DNA from: Psammoneis japonica
Taxonomy: Eukaryota
Direction: 5' to 3'
Assembly (NCBI GenBank): GCA_008632985.1
Contig: QPGO01000278.1
Coordinates: forward strand, 1-64,000
Length of the DNA: 64,000 nucleotides
Shown here: positions 51,801-63,943 of the stretch, in pieces
Layout of the letters: each line of letters opens with the position of its first letter
Numbering within the stretch: the stretch's first letter is position 1
Position numbers and translations under genes: made by a program
Notes under the pieces: generated by a model
The model's input: the letters and a program-made list of their open reading frames with translations, nothing else
What the model was told of the DNA's origin: nothing
The model's database searches: none

Positions 51801-52770
51801 CGACTTGTGGGCCTTCTTAAGGTGTGTGCTGGCATGCAAAGAACACGTCGTCATTCGGAATGAGGTGGTCATCGAGGGCGGACGTGTGATCGGCAGACAA
51901 GGAGGCGGACATGATGGCCTTGTTGACAACGACACGGTGACGGCAGTTGCCGCATTCGTCAAAGAGGTTGGCAGTGGGGTCGTCCTGCAGGTCAGAGATC
52001 GCGTCGCACCACTGGTCGTCATCAGTGATGGAGTGATTGAGGATGGAAGGATCCCATGTGTCATCACCGGTGAGGATGACATGGGGCAGGGTGTCCCAAT
52101 CGGCGTCAGTGCAGGGTCGCATGGCAGCATGAGGCAGGCCGCCCTTGATGTCAATTGGGACGACATGGCCATCAGGGGTGGCGACACGTTGCAAGCCATT
52201 GGGCACCTTGACAGAGCGATCGTTGACATCATGTTTGCACCATTCGAGCTGGCCGCAGGAATGAACGGTCTTGCCTTTTCCCGTTTGTGCACACTGATGG
52301 AGGATGGCGATGATGGGACCACGCTGTGTCTCAATGACGGCACCAGCGGTGACAATGGGGATGTCCACCAATTGATGGTCGTCAATGCCCTGAACGTCGA
52401 CTTGGTGAGAGGTGCGTGCAATGACACAAACGTTGTCACCAGCAATGCCGCCGTTGGCTCCACGATCGACCAGAGCACCAGTGCGGGTGGAGCGGTGAGC
52501 GGAGGCAGAGCAAATGACATTGTGGGCATTGACGTGGCGGTGGGCACGGCCGTTAAGTTCCATGTCATCTGCAGGAGCAGGCGAGGTAGAGGGAGCGGCG
52601 GATGGGCCCGGTCGACTGGCATTGGGGGCTTGGTTGGGAGACAACAGGCGTTGCAGATCACCGGGTGGCAGTGGCTTGCACTTGGTGAGGTGCGCCAGAA
52701 TGGGATCATCTGAAGTGGCATCCACATTTGGAGCAGGGTCACCAGAGTCAGCAGGAGTCGTGTTGGACAA
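48890..52770 (-). pseudogene. pol: A4 pol (PR, IN, RT, RNase H), frameshifted
   Basis: ALVDRGANGG, KEFVNTLEDQIRERGAP, SEPHQQHQNFAE, TDIGNACLEA, ALHGLRSSG, CVDDL, ETATHGSEFVAAR, NPADILSKHW. Confidence 0.92.
51182..51412 (-). repeat. Extra partial family A LTR inside the A4 integrase
   Basis: Matches 48582-48812 and replaces the integrase C-terminal part present in A3. Confidence 0.9.
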
Positions 52771-52799
52771 GTTGACATCACCGTCACTCCCAAGTCGTT

Positions 52800-54162
52800 G
52801 GTCGTGAAGGTTGACCGCAACGGACTCATGGCAGTTGCTGGCTCACGGGTTGCGGGGAGGCGGACGAGAATGCTCAAGGATGATCGCCTTGGAGGAATGG
52901 GGCAACGAATCCCAAATCCGTTGGTGGTCGGGAGGGAGACGATTCCATTGGTCACCGGCGAGGCTGGGACCGCGGGCGCAGGCAGTGTTAGCCTGAAGAA
53001 CGTCAATGTCGCTGTGGATGTCACAGAACACATCATTGGATGGTTCCTCGGAGTGGACGTCGTGTGCGTGTGTGGTGCATCGGGGAGCTCAAGGTGTCGT
53101 CTTGGGTTGAAACGTGCTGTCGCATTGAGCCACCGCGGAGAGGAGCAAGCCACAATGTTGATCACATGTGAGGCTCTTGCCACTCTGCGTGCGATGCTGA
53201 TCAGCTTGGTTCTTGACAGCACGGAGTTCCTCGACAGGATGTGCGGCATTCTCGAGCATGACGCGCTTCTGTCCTTCAGAGAAGTGGTCACTGGCTGGGA
53301 TGAGTGCCTTGTGCTTGCGCAGCTGATCCTGCCAATGAAGGATGAACCCGTGGGTCGGACCTTTCCAAGTGCCATCACCAAGACGTGCGGTGGTGAGGTG
53401 CGTGAGCAAGGTGGAGGACTCGACAGAAGCGCGGGTGGAGGCAAGCGCATGCTCGGACAAGGCGTGGCAGACGGTCTGGGCGTCAGAAGACCCCACATTT
53501 TTGCGAATGAGAGCCTTGCCCTTGTCGGTGAGAAGGATGCATTCGAAGACGGCGAACATGTGCTTTTGCTGTTCAGCAAAGAGCAGTTTGTCTTTGGGGC
53601 TGGTCGGTTTGTACGACGAGTCTAGAATGCACTCGACGGCTTGGGCATGGGCTTGTGCCACAAGTGAGGTGTGCCAAGTGTGCCACTGCTTGTCGGATTT
53701 GAGAGCCGTGAAAGCGGTGGGGTCACACTTGATGCCTCGCTTGAAGTCTCGCAACGGGTCGCGTGCCTTGGTCGGGTTGGTGACATGCGGAGGTGCGAGG
53801 GGCGAGCTGCTGACGGACACAGAAGACATGCAGTCGGGGCTGAGGCGGCAGGCAAGGAACTCCTCATGCGTGAACAATGAGGAATCATTGGCAACGTTGA
53901 GACCTTTGTGTGCTTTGACAATGCACAGACCAACTGGAGCTGCTGACATGTTCTCATGAGCACGGGGCAAAGGGATCACATTAGTGCCGTCATTGTGCTC
54001 AAGCGAGTCGATTTGGGACGGCATGAACGTGAACAGTTCTTGACACGAGTCCGTGCCGTCGTGGGTCAAAGCCAAACGAAGAGGGCTCCCAGCACTTTGG
54101 GCAAGCACGGTTCCAACAACGTGCTCGAAACCATCGGTTTGTTGCTGACGAGTGAGAACCAT
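52800..54162 (-). pseudogene. gag: A4 gag
   Basis: ORF 53089-54162 MVLTRQQQTDGFEH..DFKRGIKCD..FILHWQDQ..MLENAAHP, continuing after a stop. Confidence 0.88.
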
Positions 54163-55098
54163 GGTAGACGAAAGCGGTGTCAGGACAAGCGATTCTTGTT
54201 GGGACGCGAAGGTAGACTTGAAACTTGGGTGAGAATAGACTTGACTTGAAACAGACTTGACTTGAAATCTTGAACTACCTTAAAATCAGAAGTCGCCGGG
54301 TTGTGCTATCCCGTTCGTTGTTGAGTGCTAAATTTCCTATCCGGTCTGTAGAGTTGTGCCGGCACGTCCGAACCCGCAGCCAGCGGCGCTTTGGGTTGCT
54401 TACGAGCGGAGCAGCGGGTTGTAAACCCCTGCAGCTGAGCTGACCAGAGGTGGACAAGACCCCCGAACCGTTCTTGTTTTACATCGGTTGGATTTCCCGA
54501 TCAGGCTGGCCAGTTGACGTAGGCGTCAGGCGCTGTGGACGAACGAACAAACGTGGGAAAACACCCTCGCCCCAACGCAGGCTGCAATCATGGCTGCTTG
54601 CTCTCACAGTCATCCTCGTGGACCTAGCAGAACTGCAGAGCACCAGCAGTCTGGGGTAGATCAGGTGCAGTGGACTCGGTGTGCTTGTAGAGTGGTGGCA
54701 AAGCCGCAGTCCAAAGAGTGGGTGCAAGTTCTTGGCCATGAAGACACAGACACACACATGTCTTCAGTGATGAAGATCCTTGAATGTGCAGGGTTCTTGA
54801 CCGTTAACGGTTGAATGGGTGTGTCAAGGGATGAGGATCAAGGATGGACTTGGGTGTGACCGTTGAATGCATGTCTTCAGCGACAAAAGGTGGCACAATC
54901 AATCCAGATGTCCAGCGGCAAGGAGACTTGACGGTGATGTTAACTTCCTGCCGATGCCTGGCATTGAATGCGCGCAGACTTGCCAGTGCACGTAGAACAT
55001 GTGCGGAGGTCCACGCAGAATTGAAATGGCATCGTCGGCAAATCAACAACAATGATGGCGGTTGCTCAATGGGTTGACAATGAGCAAGACTGTTGATC

Positions 55099-55374
55099 TG
55101 ACAGAAATTGAAGGCAAATGGCAAGAATTCAAACAACAACTCCTTGCTGCTGTCTAAACAGCAGATGAGTCTCCACTCAGAGACCGTTGCAGGAGCCGAA
55201 AGACGTGCAAGTCGGCACATTTGGGCTGCTGTTGTTGTTCTTGTGAGCCTTGTGGCTCAAAAGCAAACTACATCGCGCGCGAATGCGCGGAACTGAAGCA
55301 CACAAAACTGTGCGCGGCAAACTGAACAGTGCGCCACATTTCGCGCGCACCCAAATCCTGTTCAAATCCTGTCA
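55099..55374 (-). repeat. 5' LTR of A4
   Basis: Ungapped direct repeat of 48582-48857. Confidence 0.95.
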
Positions 55375-55379
55375 GCGAG

Positions 55380-57688
55380 CCCTGCACAGATGGAAACCCC
55401 TGCCTCTCTCTCAGAACAGCCGCCGCTGCCAGTGCTCCCAACCCTGCCTCCATGCTTGCCACCTGCCCTGCCTCCTGAGTGGCCTCACACGCCTCCTGGC
55501 AATCCCCCGCAGCCTGAGGAACCTCCCGACCCTCCACACTTTCCTCCGACATCGCCTCAGGCTCTTCTCAAAATGCACGAGAGTCATCTTAACTCGGCTG
55601 TTGCCCGCATCCACGAATGTAAATGGGCACTGGATGTCTCTGCGGAAGAAGTTTCCAGGCTCAAGCGGGAGCTGCGCGACATCCGTTCGGTCACGAACAA
55701 TCACGCCTCGGCCATCACGGACCTCAAACATGCCAGTGATTTCAACCTCCTCTGTGCCAAGGTTCAGACCCAAATGAAAGCAACTGCGGATGAAGCTGTC
55801 GCTTTGGCTGGCGACGCGGCCAACAAAGCTTTGGCGACACTTGATGCCCAATTCCTGGAAGCTCTTGACAAGAAGATTGTTCCGGTTTACGAAGCTGTGG
55901 AAGCAACGACACTCGAATGCATCCGCACCACATTGACGAATGCACAAAACAACATGGCGTCTTTTGTGGTGGACCAAACCAGCCGGCTGGAATCGGCCAC
56001 CTCAGAAGCTGTCCGTGCTGTGGGTGACCACGTCGGTGCCACCCGTAAAAAGTTCCAGGCTCGACTCAAGCACGACGTTAAACTACAAACGGACAACCTG
56101 GATGTCACCCTCACCAGATTGGACTCCACCAAGAATGCTGCAGAGCAGATCATTCAAAATGGCTTCACTGTGGCCAATGCAATGGCAGCCCTTTTGGAAG
56201 ACTGTGAAAACGCCGCTGCACCCTCGTCTGTGGACACCTCGTCTTCTCCGGCTGCAGGCCTCCAATGTGTCACGAAGGACCACCTGGCGGACACGCTGAG
56301 AGATGACTTGGACGGCCTCCAGGCTCAACTGACCCTCCAACAGGACACCGCTCAAGTGCACGCCGGTGAGATCAAACACGCCAATGATGCATCTGAAGCT
56401 GCTCGGCGTGCGGCAGCTGGCGTTCAGAAGGAACTGGGCAAATGTCTGTCGGAGTCATCGAATCTGACAGCAAACTTGTCACCCGCCACACTGGATCCTG
56501 GCCCAAAGTTTACAGAATGCATTGCTTCGTCATTGGACAACATCGCCGATCGTCTCGTGAATTCGCCTGATCCCACAATCTCTCCGGCACCCCCGGCCGT
56601 TGGCACCAATCATGCTGCTACGAGCAAACTGGCCTCCTCTTCAGAATGACACTGCAACTCCAAAACCTTCCGTGAGACCCCCAGCCCCTTTCTCCGTTCC
56701 ATGGAACCAAACGACATCGCTCTGTTTCTCAAAGGCATGTGCACACGGTGCACCCAGGCCCATGTTCCCATCCAGGATCCGGACACTCTTACTCGCGCGC
56801 AGCCCGACTTCTTCAACCCGATGTTGGTGAGCACGTCCCATCGTCAACGGCACGCGATTGAGACACATTCCAAATTGGTGTGGGATGACGCACTTCCAGA
56901 TCACCGACTGTGTGACGGGTGGAAAAAGACACATGCCGCATCGATGGACGGTTTTGCGATCCTCAATCACCTCGCGGCTCTTGGACTTCCACCCCTGACG
57001 GGCAAAGTGGTTGACACCCCATCCTGGAAAGGCGACCTTTGTGAGCTTGTGGCAGAATTCACCATTTGCTTCACTGCCGTGGAAGCCTTGCACGCCAAGA
57101 CGGATCCCACTGCACCCCCAGCCTGCTCGGAACGCCAGAAGTCTCTCAAATTGCTGGAGGGTGCTCCTTCTCAAACACCGCCTGAATGAGATTGGGGACT
57201 CCGCTCCCCTGCCCCATGATCTCCACCTGGTCTCTCTTGTCACACAGATTGACCCCAGGCTCACTGCGAATGCCGACCCGATGGGATCTTTGAGTGCATT
57301 CCACGGCCGACTGTCTCGCGGCCGCCAGTCCGTTTCGCCAGATCGACAGCACACCCCATTCCAGCCCCAGAAGGATCTCATTTGTGATGCATGCGGAGCG
57401 TGCGGCCACAGTCATTGTGGCTGCACTAACCTGGCCCGCACTGCTTTGCTGTTGGATTTCATTGAGGTGAACATGGAGAAAGCCAAGTCCATTGTTTCTA
57501 AATGGCAGTCTCACAACCAACGCCGCAAGGACTCGCCACGCCCAACTGCCCGTCCATTTACGGCCGATGTCTCTCATGACATTGCCGACCATGTGATGGA
57601 TGAAACGGCCTCGGACCTCCTGTTTGAATCGGGCGCACCTCTGGATTTTTTTTGTAAGCCAGCCGCATGCTCCATCATTGTGCGGTGA
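55380..57688 (+). pseudogene. gag: Copia B gag, 3' part (coiled-coil region and CCHC zinc knuckle)
   Basis: ORFs 55390-56649, 56701-57189 and 57011-57688; CDACGACGHSHCGC = C-x2-C-x4-H-x4-C. Confidence 0.75.
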
Positions 57689-60600
57689 ACGGCTCACCAA
57701 TGGCTGCGGGGCAGATGATCGGGACGATTCATCGTCTCTGCCTTCCACTGACTCTCCGATCCCTCCTCCAATCTGTTGCTCATTCGAATCCAGCATCCCC
57801 TGCTTTAATCAGCTGCCGGACTGGAGTCATTCAGGCCACCCTCCCAATCTCGCTAGCATGGATTCGGATTCTACGACGTTGCACTCGATGCGGGACGACG
57901 ACTCACTTTCCCTGTCAGACGAGTTGTGGGCTGCGGCGGTCGAGGATTTTGCCGAAGATCCTCAGGCTGCTCTTCACCACTTTGCCACCAAATTTGAGTC
58001 AATGGAGTCCGTCACTCCTCCCACCATTGCGCTTTCCACAGCTCTGGCACTGGAACATGAAACCGCATCACTGCCCACCTTTCACCATGCCAGTGTTGGG
58101 AACCTCACTCCGGACTCTCCAGTGGAAGTGTCAGGACAGACGGACACAGGTGCCAATTGCAGCGCCACATCTCAACGACACCTGCTTGCCAACTGCCGCC
58201 GCTTTATGAATCCCAAACCCACGAGCACAGCTTCTGCATCCAACACCACCCTCACGGCGCTGGGTGCAGGCATGTGCATCATCCGTGACATGGATGATCC
58301 CGAGCATGACATTCCGATGTTCTGCTGCCCTGGGCTGGGTGAAACCCTGATTTCGCCTGATCATCTGTGCAGAGCGTCCAAAGAACAATGCAGCCAATGC
58401 CATGCTTCGCACTTTCAGGATTCTGGTCATGGCATGCTCACGGTGACTGATCGGGACCGCTCCCTCATCCGGTCTTTTCCGATGGTGCGCGCTGACGGCT
58501 TGTGGTTCATGCCACGGCTCCACCCCGATGTGCCACCAACTGACGGACACACGGAACTGGAGGGTGCAATGCGCACGTTGCGGATGCATCCACCGACATC
58601 GAGAGACCTCGGACATGAGTTCGATGTGCCCAATCCTCCCGGCAAATGCGAACAGCTTGACTCGGATGCCCCATCATCCCCTGCACCCACGGACCCTGTC
58701 CCCGAGCATCCCAGTGTCAGCGAGGACCCGCCCGATGTTCCCGCTCCCCACTTGTCCTCCCTTCAACGCATTGACACCAGCGAACTGTGGCACCACCGCC
58801 TGGGTCACCCTGGCATGCACCAACTGTCATGCCTCCGCCGTCATGCTACAGGCATCCCATCGTCCGCTGATGCCACACCTCATCCCCATTGATCATGCTC
58901 CGCATGCAACGATGCCTGGCACAGGTGTGCTCCCATGGGCACCCCACAGGATGACATGGACTTGGAGCCAGCGGCGTGTTTCCAGATGGACTGCAGGCAC
59001 ATGTGATGCGGAAAGGACGGCATTGAGCGCATTGTTCAATCACGGGACGGGTGCAATTCGCACCCACTGGTTGTGGATGCTAAAACTCGGCACACGTGGG
59101 TGTTCCTCACCCCGAGTGAGGACCCACCAATTGAACTGGTGGACGCTTTCCTAGCTCGGCACAAGCGCACCAATGGTGCAAGCACGGTCAGGGCAGATCA
59201 AGGTGGAGAACTGGCCCACTCTGAGGAATTCCGGAAGGTTTGTTTGAAACACGACCATGTCGTGGAGCCCACCGGTGCGGACGCCCCATGGCAGAATGGC
59301 AGGGTTGAGATTTTGAATCGCACTTTTGGCGTCATGGTGCGAGCTCTGCCATGCTCATTGGGTCTCCCGGCCACCTGCTGGGCCGATGCCCTCACCCATG
59401 CGGTGTACCTCAAGAACCGGCTGTGGCACTCGGCCATCGATGTGACTCCGCACCAGGCATGGACGGGTGAGGTTCCAGACTTGTCACATCTCCGGGCATT
59501 TGGATCTCGCATGTGTGCTCGGCGTCCTGGGAAACTGGCTGCCAAATTGGACAAACATGCCTTCCACGGCATCTTTGTTGGACACTCGGCTGCGGACGGC
59601 AACGTGCGACATGTGGATGCCACATCCGGACGAGAGAAGTCTACTCCGCACGCCATGTGCAACGAGGCACACTTCACTCAACCGATTGGGCCTCCTGGTC
59701 CTCAGCTCTTGTTCGATCTTGGCATCCAACAGGTTGCACCTCCATCCCCGCCTCCCCACAAGCCAGCGGCCCCAGCACCACACCCCCCTTGTGCTCAACA
59801 AAGGCTTGTCTCCACCCCCCCCCCTGATGAGCCTGATCCAGGGTTTGCCGCTTGGTGAAAACACGTTGTTTCCCAATGCCCAATGTCACGCGATGGCTGC
59901 TGCTTTTGCATCCAAGGACCCCGTCACCCCCGAATCCGTTGCCAATGTTGCGATGTCCTTCGATCCGTGTGACGACTCTTTTGATGTACCTTTGCCCAGC
60001 CGCGGGTCTAGAAAACCAAGATTGGGTTTTGAGTTTGACTGTGACCCCCGCCGCCATCGACTGCGACTCCGTCANGTCACTGTCACCCTGGATCACAGGC
60101 GGCGCGGATCCCACGATGGCTATCCGAACTCCGACGCTCGTGCCTCATTGCAGTTAACACCCGGCCTGTCCACGATTTTGCTGACCTCGACCGCGTTTTA
60201 GCCGACATCAATCCGGATGCTCAGGACGTTGTGCTCCGCTTTGCCCACGACCACCGGTCACCGACATTGGATGCTGCGGGATTGCCACAACTGTTTTTGG
60301 ACCAGATCAACCACGTCCACCATCAGCTCAACTCCATGCATGACCCCACTCTTCCTTCATTGTACAAGCTCACACGCCGGAAACTCCAGACGCAGGAAGA
60401 TTGGCCCGACTGGGAATCGGGTGAATTCAAATGGCTCGACATGCACAACAGCCAAGGCATGTTTGGGGATCCCATTCCTGCCCCTCAGGAAGCCCGCGGT
60501 GTTCCCATGGGTGTGGTCACACTTGGTTAAGAACGATGCGGCCCGCACCAAGAAGGCCGGCGGAGCATGTGATGGCAGCCCCAGAGCTGGATTCGTCCAA

Positions 60601-62170
60601 ACACTGGCCCAGACACATGCCGCGTCTGTTGAGCAACCTGGCACTCGCCTGTTCTTTGCTTTGGCAGCCCTTAAAAACAAACGGGTGTACGGCGCGGATG
60701 TCAGCAATGCCTTCGCTGAAGCTCCTCCTCCTGAGCAACGGCTCTGCATGAGAGTGGACAAAGTTTTTCAAAACTGGTGGACCAAACACCTGGGTCGCCC
60801 TCCCATCCCCGAGGGCTGTGCACTGCCTGTGCCACACGCGCTCTCCAGGGTCACCCCGAATCTCCCCGTTTGTGGAGCATGCATGTGGACAAGATCATCC
60901 GTGAACACCTCCATCTTGCCCCAACCACCCATGAACCATGCACACACAGCGGCACAGTGAATGGCGAAGAGGTGCCATTTCTGCGTCAAGTCAATGATTT
61001 CGCCATTGCAATGGACTTGGACGCCACATGTCAACACATGTGCGACATTGTGGATGACCATCTTGCCGGTGGCAAGATTGAACATCAGGGCTTGCTCACC
61101 CTGTTTCTTGGTTATGATGTGGAACAGACAAAAGACTGCATCCGGCTGCAAAGTGCCTCCTGCATAAAACGGATCTTGGCTGACCATGCTTTCCTGACTG
61201 ACGACAACCTCGGCCCACCTCCCGCCATCCCGATGCCCGGTGATGCCTCCCATTCCAAATCCCTTGATGAGGCTCCCACTCCGACTGACTCCAAGGCATC
61301 CAAGACCCTTCAACAACAACAGGGTTTCTCTCACCGGAAGGCAGTCAGTGCACTGACATGGGCCATGGTCACCACCTGCGTGGATCTCAGCTGCTCGATC
61401 ACCAAGCTAAGTCAATTCAGCTCCAATCCTGGACAACTGCACTGTGAAGGTGTGAAGCATTCTCTCCAGCACCCCAAGCATCACCCGGATTTCGGACTTA
61501 CATGCTGGCGTCAACAACCCAACACGATGCTCCCCCATGCTCCTCCTCCACCTCCGATGACTGCACCCCATGACCGAGTGCCGCTGCCCCCTCAGGCTTC
61601 ATCTCCTGCCGAGCTCACCGGCTACAAGGACTCTGATTGGGCTGCTGACATCCGACACCGCCGCTCGATTGCCGGCATTGCGTTTTTCCCAGCGGGAGCT
61701 GCAATCGCATGGAAGACCAGAGTGCAACCGACTGTGTCAACCTCTTCATCGGAAGCAGAGTTTGTCGCTGCATCGGACACCGGCAAAATGGCACTTCATC
61801 TCCGGTCTGTCATGGATGAACTGTCGGTCCCCCAGATGCAAGCTACATTGGCATGCAAAGACAATGGTGCATCCCGCAAGATGGCCGCCGCAAGCCAACC
61901 CACACGCCGCACCCGCCACATTGATGTCCGCCATTTCGCTCTTCAAGACTGGGTCGAACACGACTTAGTTCGACTGGATCGCATTGACACATCAGCAAAT
62001 TGCAGCGACATGCTCACCAAGAATGTGGCGCGCATCTTGTTTTTCTGCCATTTGGATGCGTTGAGTGGACGTCACCATCCCCTCTGTGTGCCAGACAGCA
62101 GTGACGACACACCACTGCACTGTTCACTAGAAGAAAAGTGCACCCAGACTCACAGGGGTCACGATTCTCC
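57600..62170 (+). pseudogene. pol: Copia B pol (PR, IN, RT, RNase H)
   Basis: TDTGAN, LWHHRLGHPG, RADQGGEL, QNGRVE, ADVSNAFAEA, ALQGHPESPRLW, RQVNDF, DSDWAAD, SSEAEF, RHIDVRHF, DMLTK. Confidence 0.92.
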
Positions 62171-63035
62171 CAGTGTGGGGGGGTCTCAGTGGATCGTGTC
62201 ATTCCCACTTAAGATGCAGGGATCTCTGTCAATCAGTTGTGCAGCTGGTAAAAAATTTTAATCTGTGACAGCCAATTTTTTTTAACTGTAGAGACCTCTT
62301 TTTGTCCACAAGAAAAAACCTCAAGGACACATCCACGGGGGTGAGGGCAGACATTTACGGACCCACAATTTTTTGGGACAATGACCGGATGCACTGCACC
62401 AAATGCACGCGCGTTCGCCAAATGAAATTCCAGCAATGGGTCTGACTTTGTCAGTTCCCAAGACATCATAGAATGCACAAACGATGGTTGTGACCATGTG
62501 CGATCTTTAGCTTGTCGACTGTAGATGTGTCCACAGCCAATCAAACGCCAATTGTCGGCATTTCCTGGAAAGTTGCAGCTCATCTGCCATGAGCAGCGCG
62601 ATTTTGGCGAAAATTGGCGGCAATTTCAACCTGGCAACAGGGCATGGGCCGACAAGTGGCATTTGAAGCTTCAAACATGCAGCTCACACAGCAGTCTAAC
62701 AGCCCTGATGAGGGTTTGTCGAACACATGAGTGTTTGGGGGTGTTCGGAGACGGGTCCAAATGGCACGGCGAAGTGTGGGAAAATCAGCACCCACAACCC
62801 ATTCGCCTCACCCCCGTGGACACATCCTTGACTGTGTAAATGTCCCCCTCTTTTCCCATTTGGGATGTGCCTTCATTCACTGTGACTGCTGACAATCAAT
62901 GTCATTGGCAATTTTCACATCATGTGACAGTTTTGTTGTCCAAAGGGACAAACACAATGAATTTGGTCCACTCTTTTCAATCAACCAAGATGCATCGCTG
63001 TGGCTTTGTGACATCTGTTGTCAATCAATGCTGAG

Positions 63036-63943
63036 TCAATGCTGCAGTCCTGGTTGTCCCACATTTCCAACTTGCTTGTGCTGGAGTCTCATTTCCTTTG
63101 CTTCCGTCACTGTCTTCCTGGCTGGAGCTGCATCTTCCTCCTCATCTCCTTTGCCACCTGGCGTCTCCATTGCTTCATCGTCCTCCTCGTCATCACTAGA
63201 AAGTTCCGTTGTTGCTTGCGTTCTTGTCTCCGTTTTCGCTGGCTCTTGAGTGGTTCTTGCCATTTTTCCCTTTTCTTTGCTCTCCTTTTTCTTTTTGTCT
63301 GTGTGCCACGTGTTGAAATGCACACCCTGCTCTCTCGCCCTGTCTTCCTTTGCCTCCTTTGGCAATGTGTTGAAGCACTTCATTCCTTCATCCTTCCAAG
63401 AGTCACGCTGTTGCAACGGGTCTGTGAACAACGAAGCCTGTTTTTCCTCTTCGCTCCCTTCCTCATCTGCCTTCTGCATCTTCTTGTGCTCCCAAACCTT
63501 CCAGCAGTTTTCCATCATCAACAGGGCCAGTGCCTTGTCGCTTGCAGCAGCCAGATCTGTGGCCTTGGTGCTTCCGGACTCCACCATCCTCCTCCACATC
63601 GCAGTGCTCTTCATGAATTTTGGGATGTTGTGGTGGAACCATGCGCGCGCCTCTCTGTTCTTTCACTTCTCAAACACAATTGTGTCCACCGTCCCATCCT
63701 CCCAAGTTGCAATGAACTCTTCCTCAATGTTGGCTTCATCCTGTTTCCGCTTCCTTCCGGATTTCTTCTTCCTTGCTTCATTCTTTTTTTTTTTTGTCGT
63801 GGATTTCCTCTGCTTGTTTTTCTGCCACAACAACTGCAGAAAAATGAGCAATTCATTGGCAGCACCACTTTCCATTTTCGCTTTGGAAATGCTCCACTCC
63901 TCCTCACTTGCCACTCATTGCACTCCTCATTGTCATCTGACAC
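63036..63943 (-). pseudogene. Decayed acidic/basic ORF of unknown function, probably a transposon accessory protein
   Basis: ORFs 63663-63914 and 63036-63614 (SDKALALLMMENCWKVW..SWKDEGMKCFN) are Lys/Glu-rich and show the same Tyr loss as the repeats. No domain recognised with certainty. Confidence 0.4.

Larger units (their letters stand above)
48582..55374 (-). mobile_element. Copia family A copy A4 with both LTRs and TSD
   Basis: 276-bp LTRs at 48582-48857 and 55099-55374. TSD GCGAG at 48577-48581 and 55375-55379. Removing it restores ...PEADAS-PAQMETP... of B gag. Confidence 0.97.
47950..62231 (+). mobile_element. Ty1/copia element B, interrupted in gag by A4
   Basis: The LTR 3' end agtggatcgtgtcattcc..agggatctctgtca occurs at 47958-48000 and 62188-62231. 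PBS GGTTGTGAGC at 48001, PPT GTGGGGGGG near 62175. gag 48322-48581 joins in frame to 55380. The left boundary is uncertain. Confidence 0.88.

Noticed and set aside
47859..62236. ATCAG as TSD of element B
   Set aside because: The sequence after the left copy does not start like an LTR and the right flank does not continue A3; probably chance.
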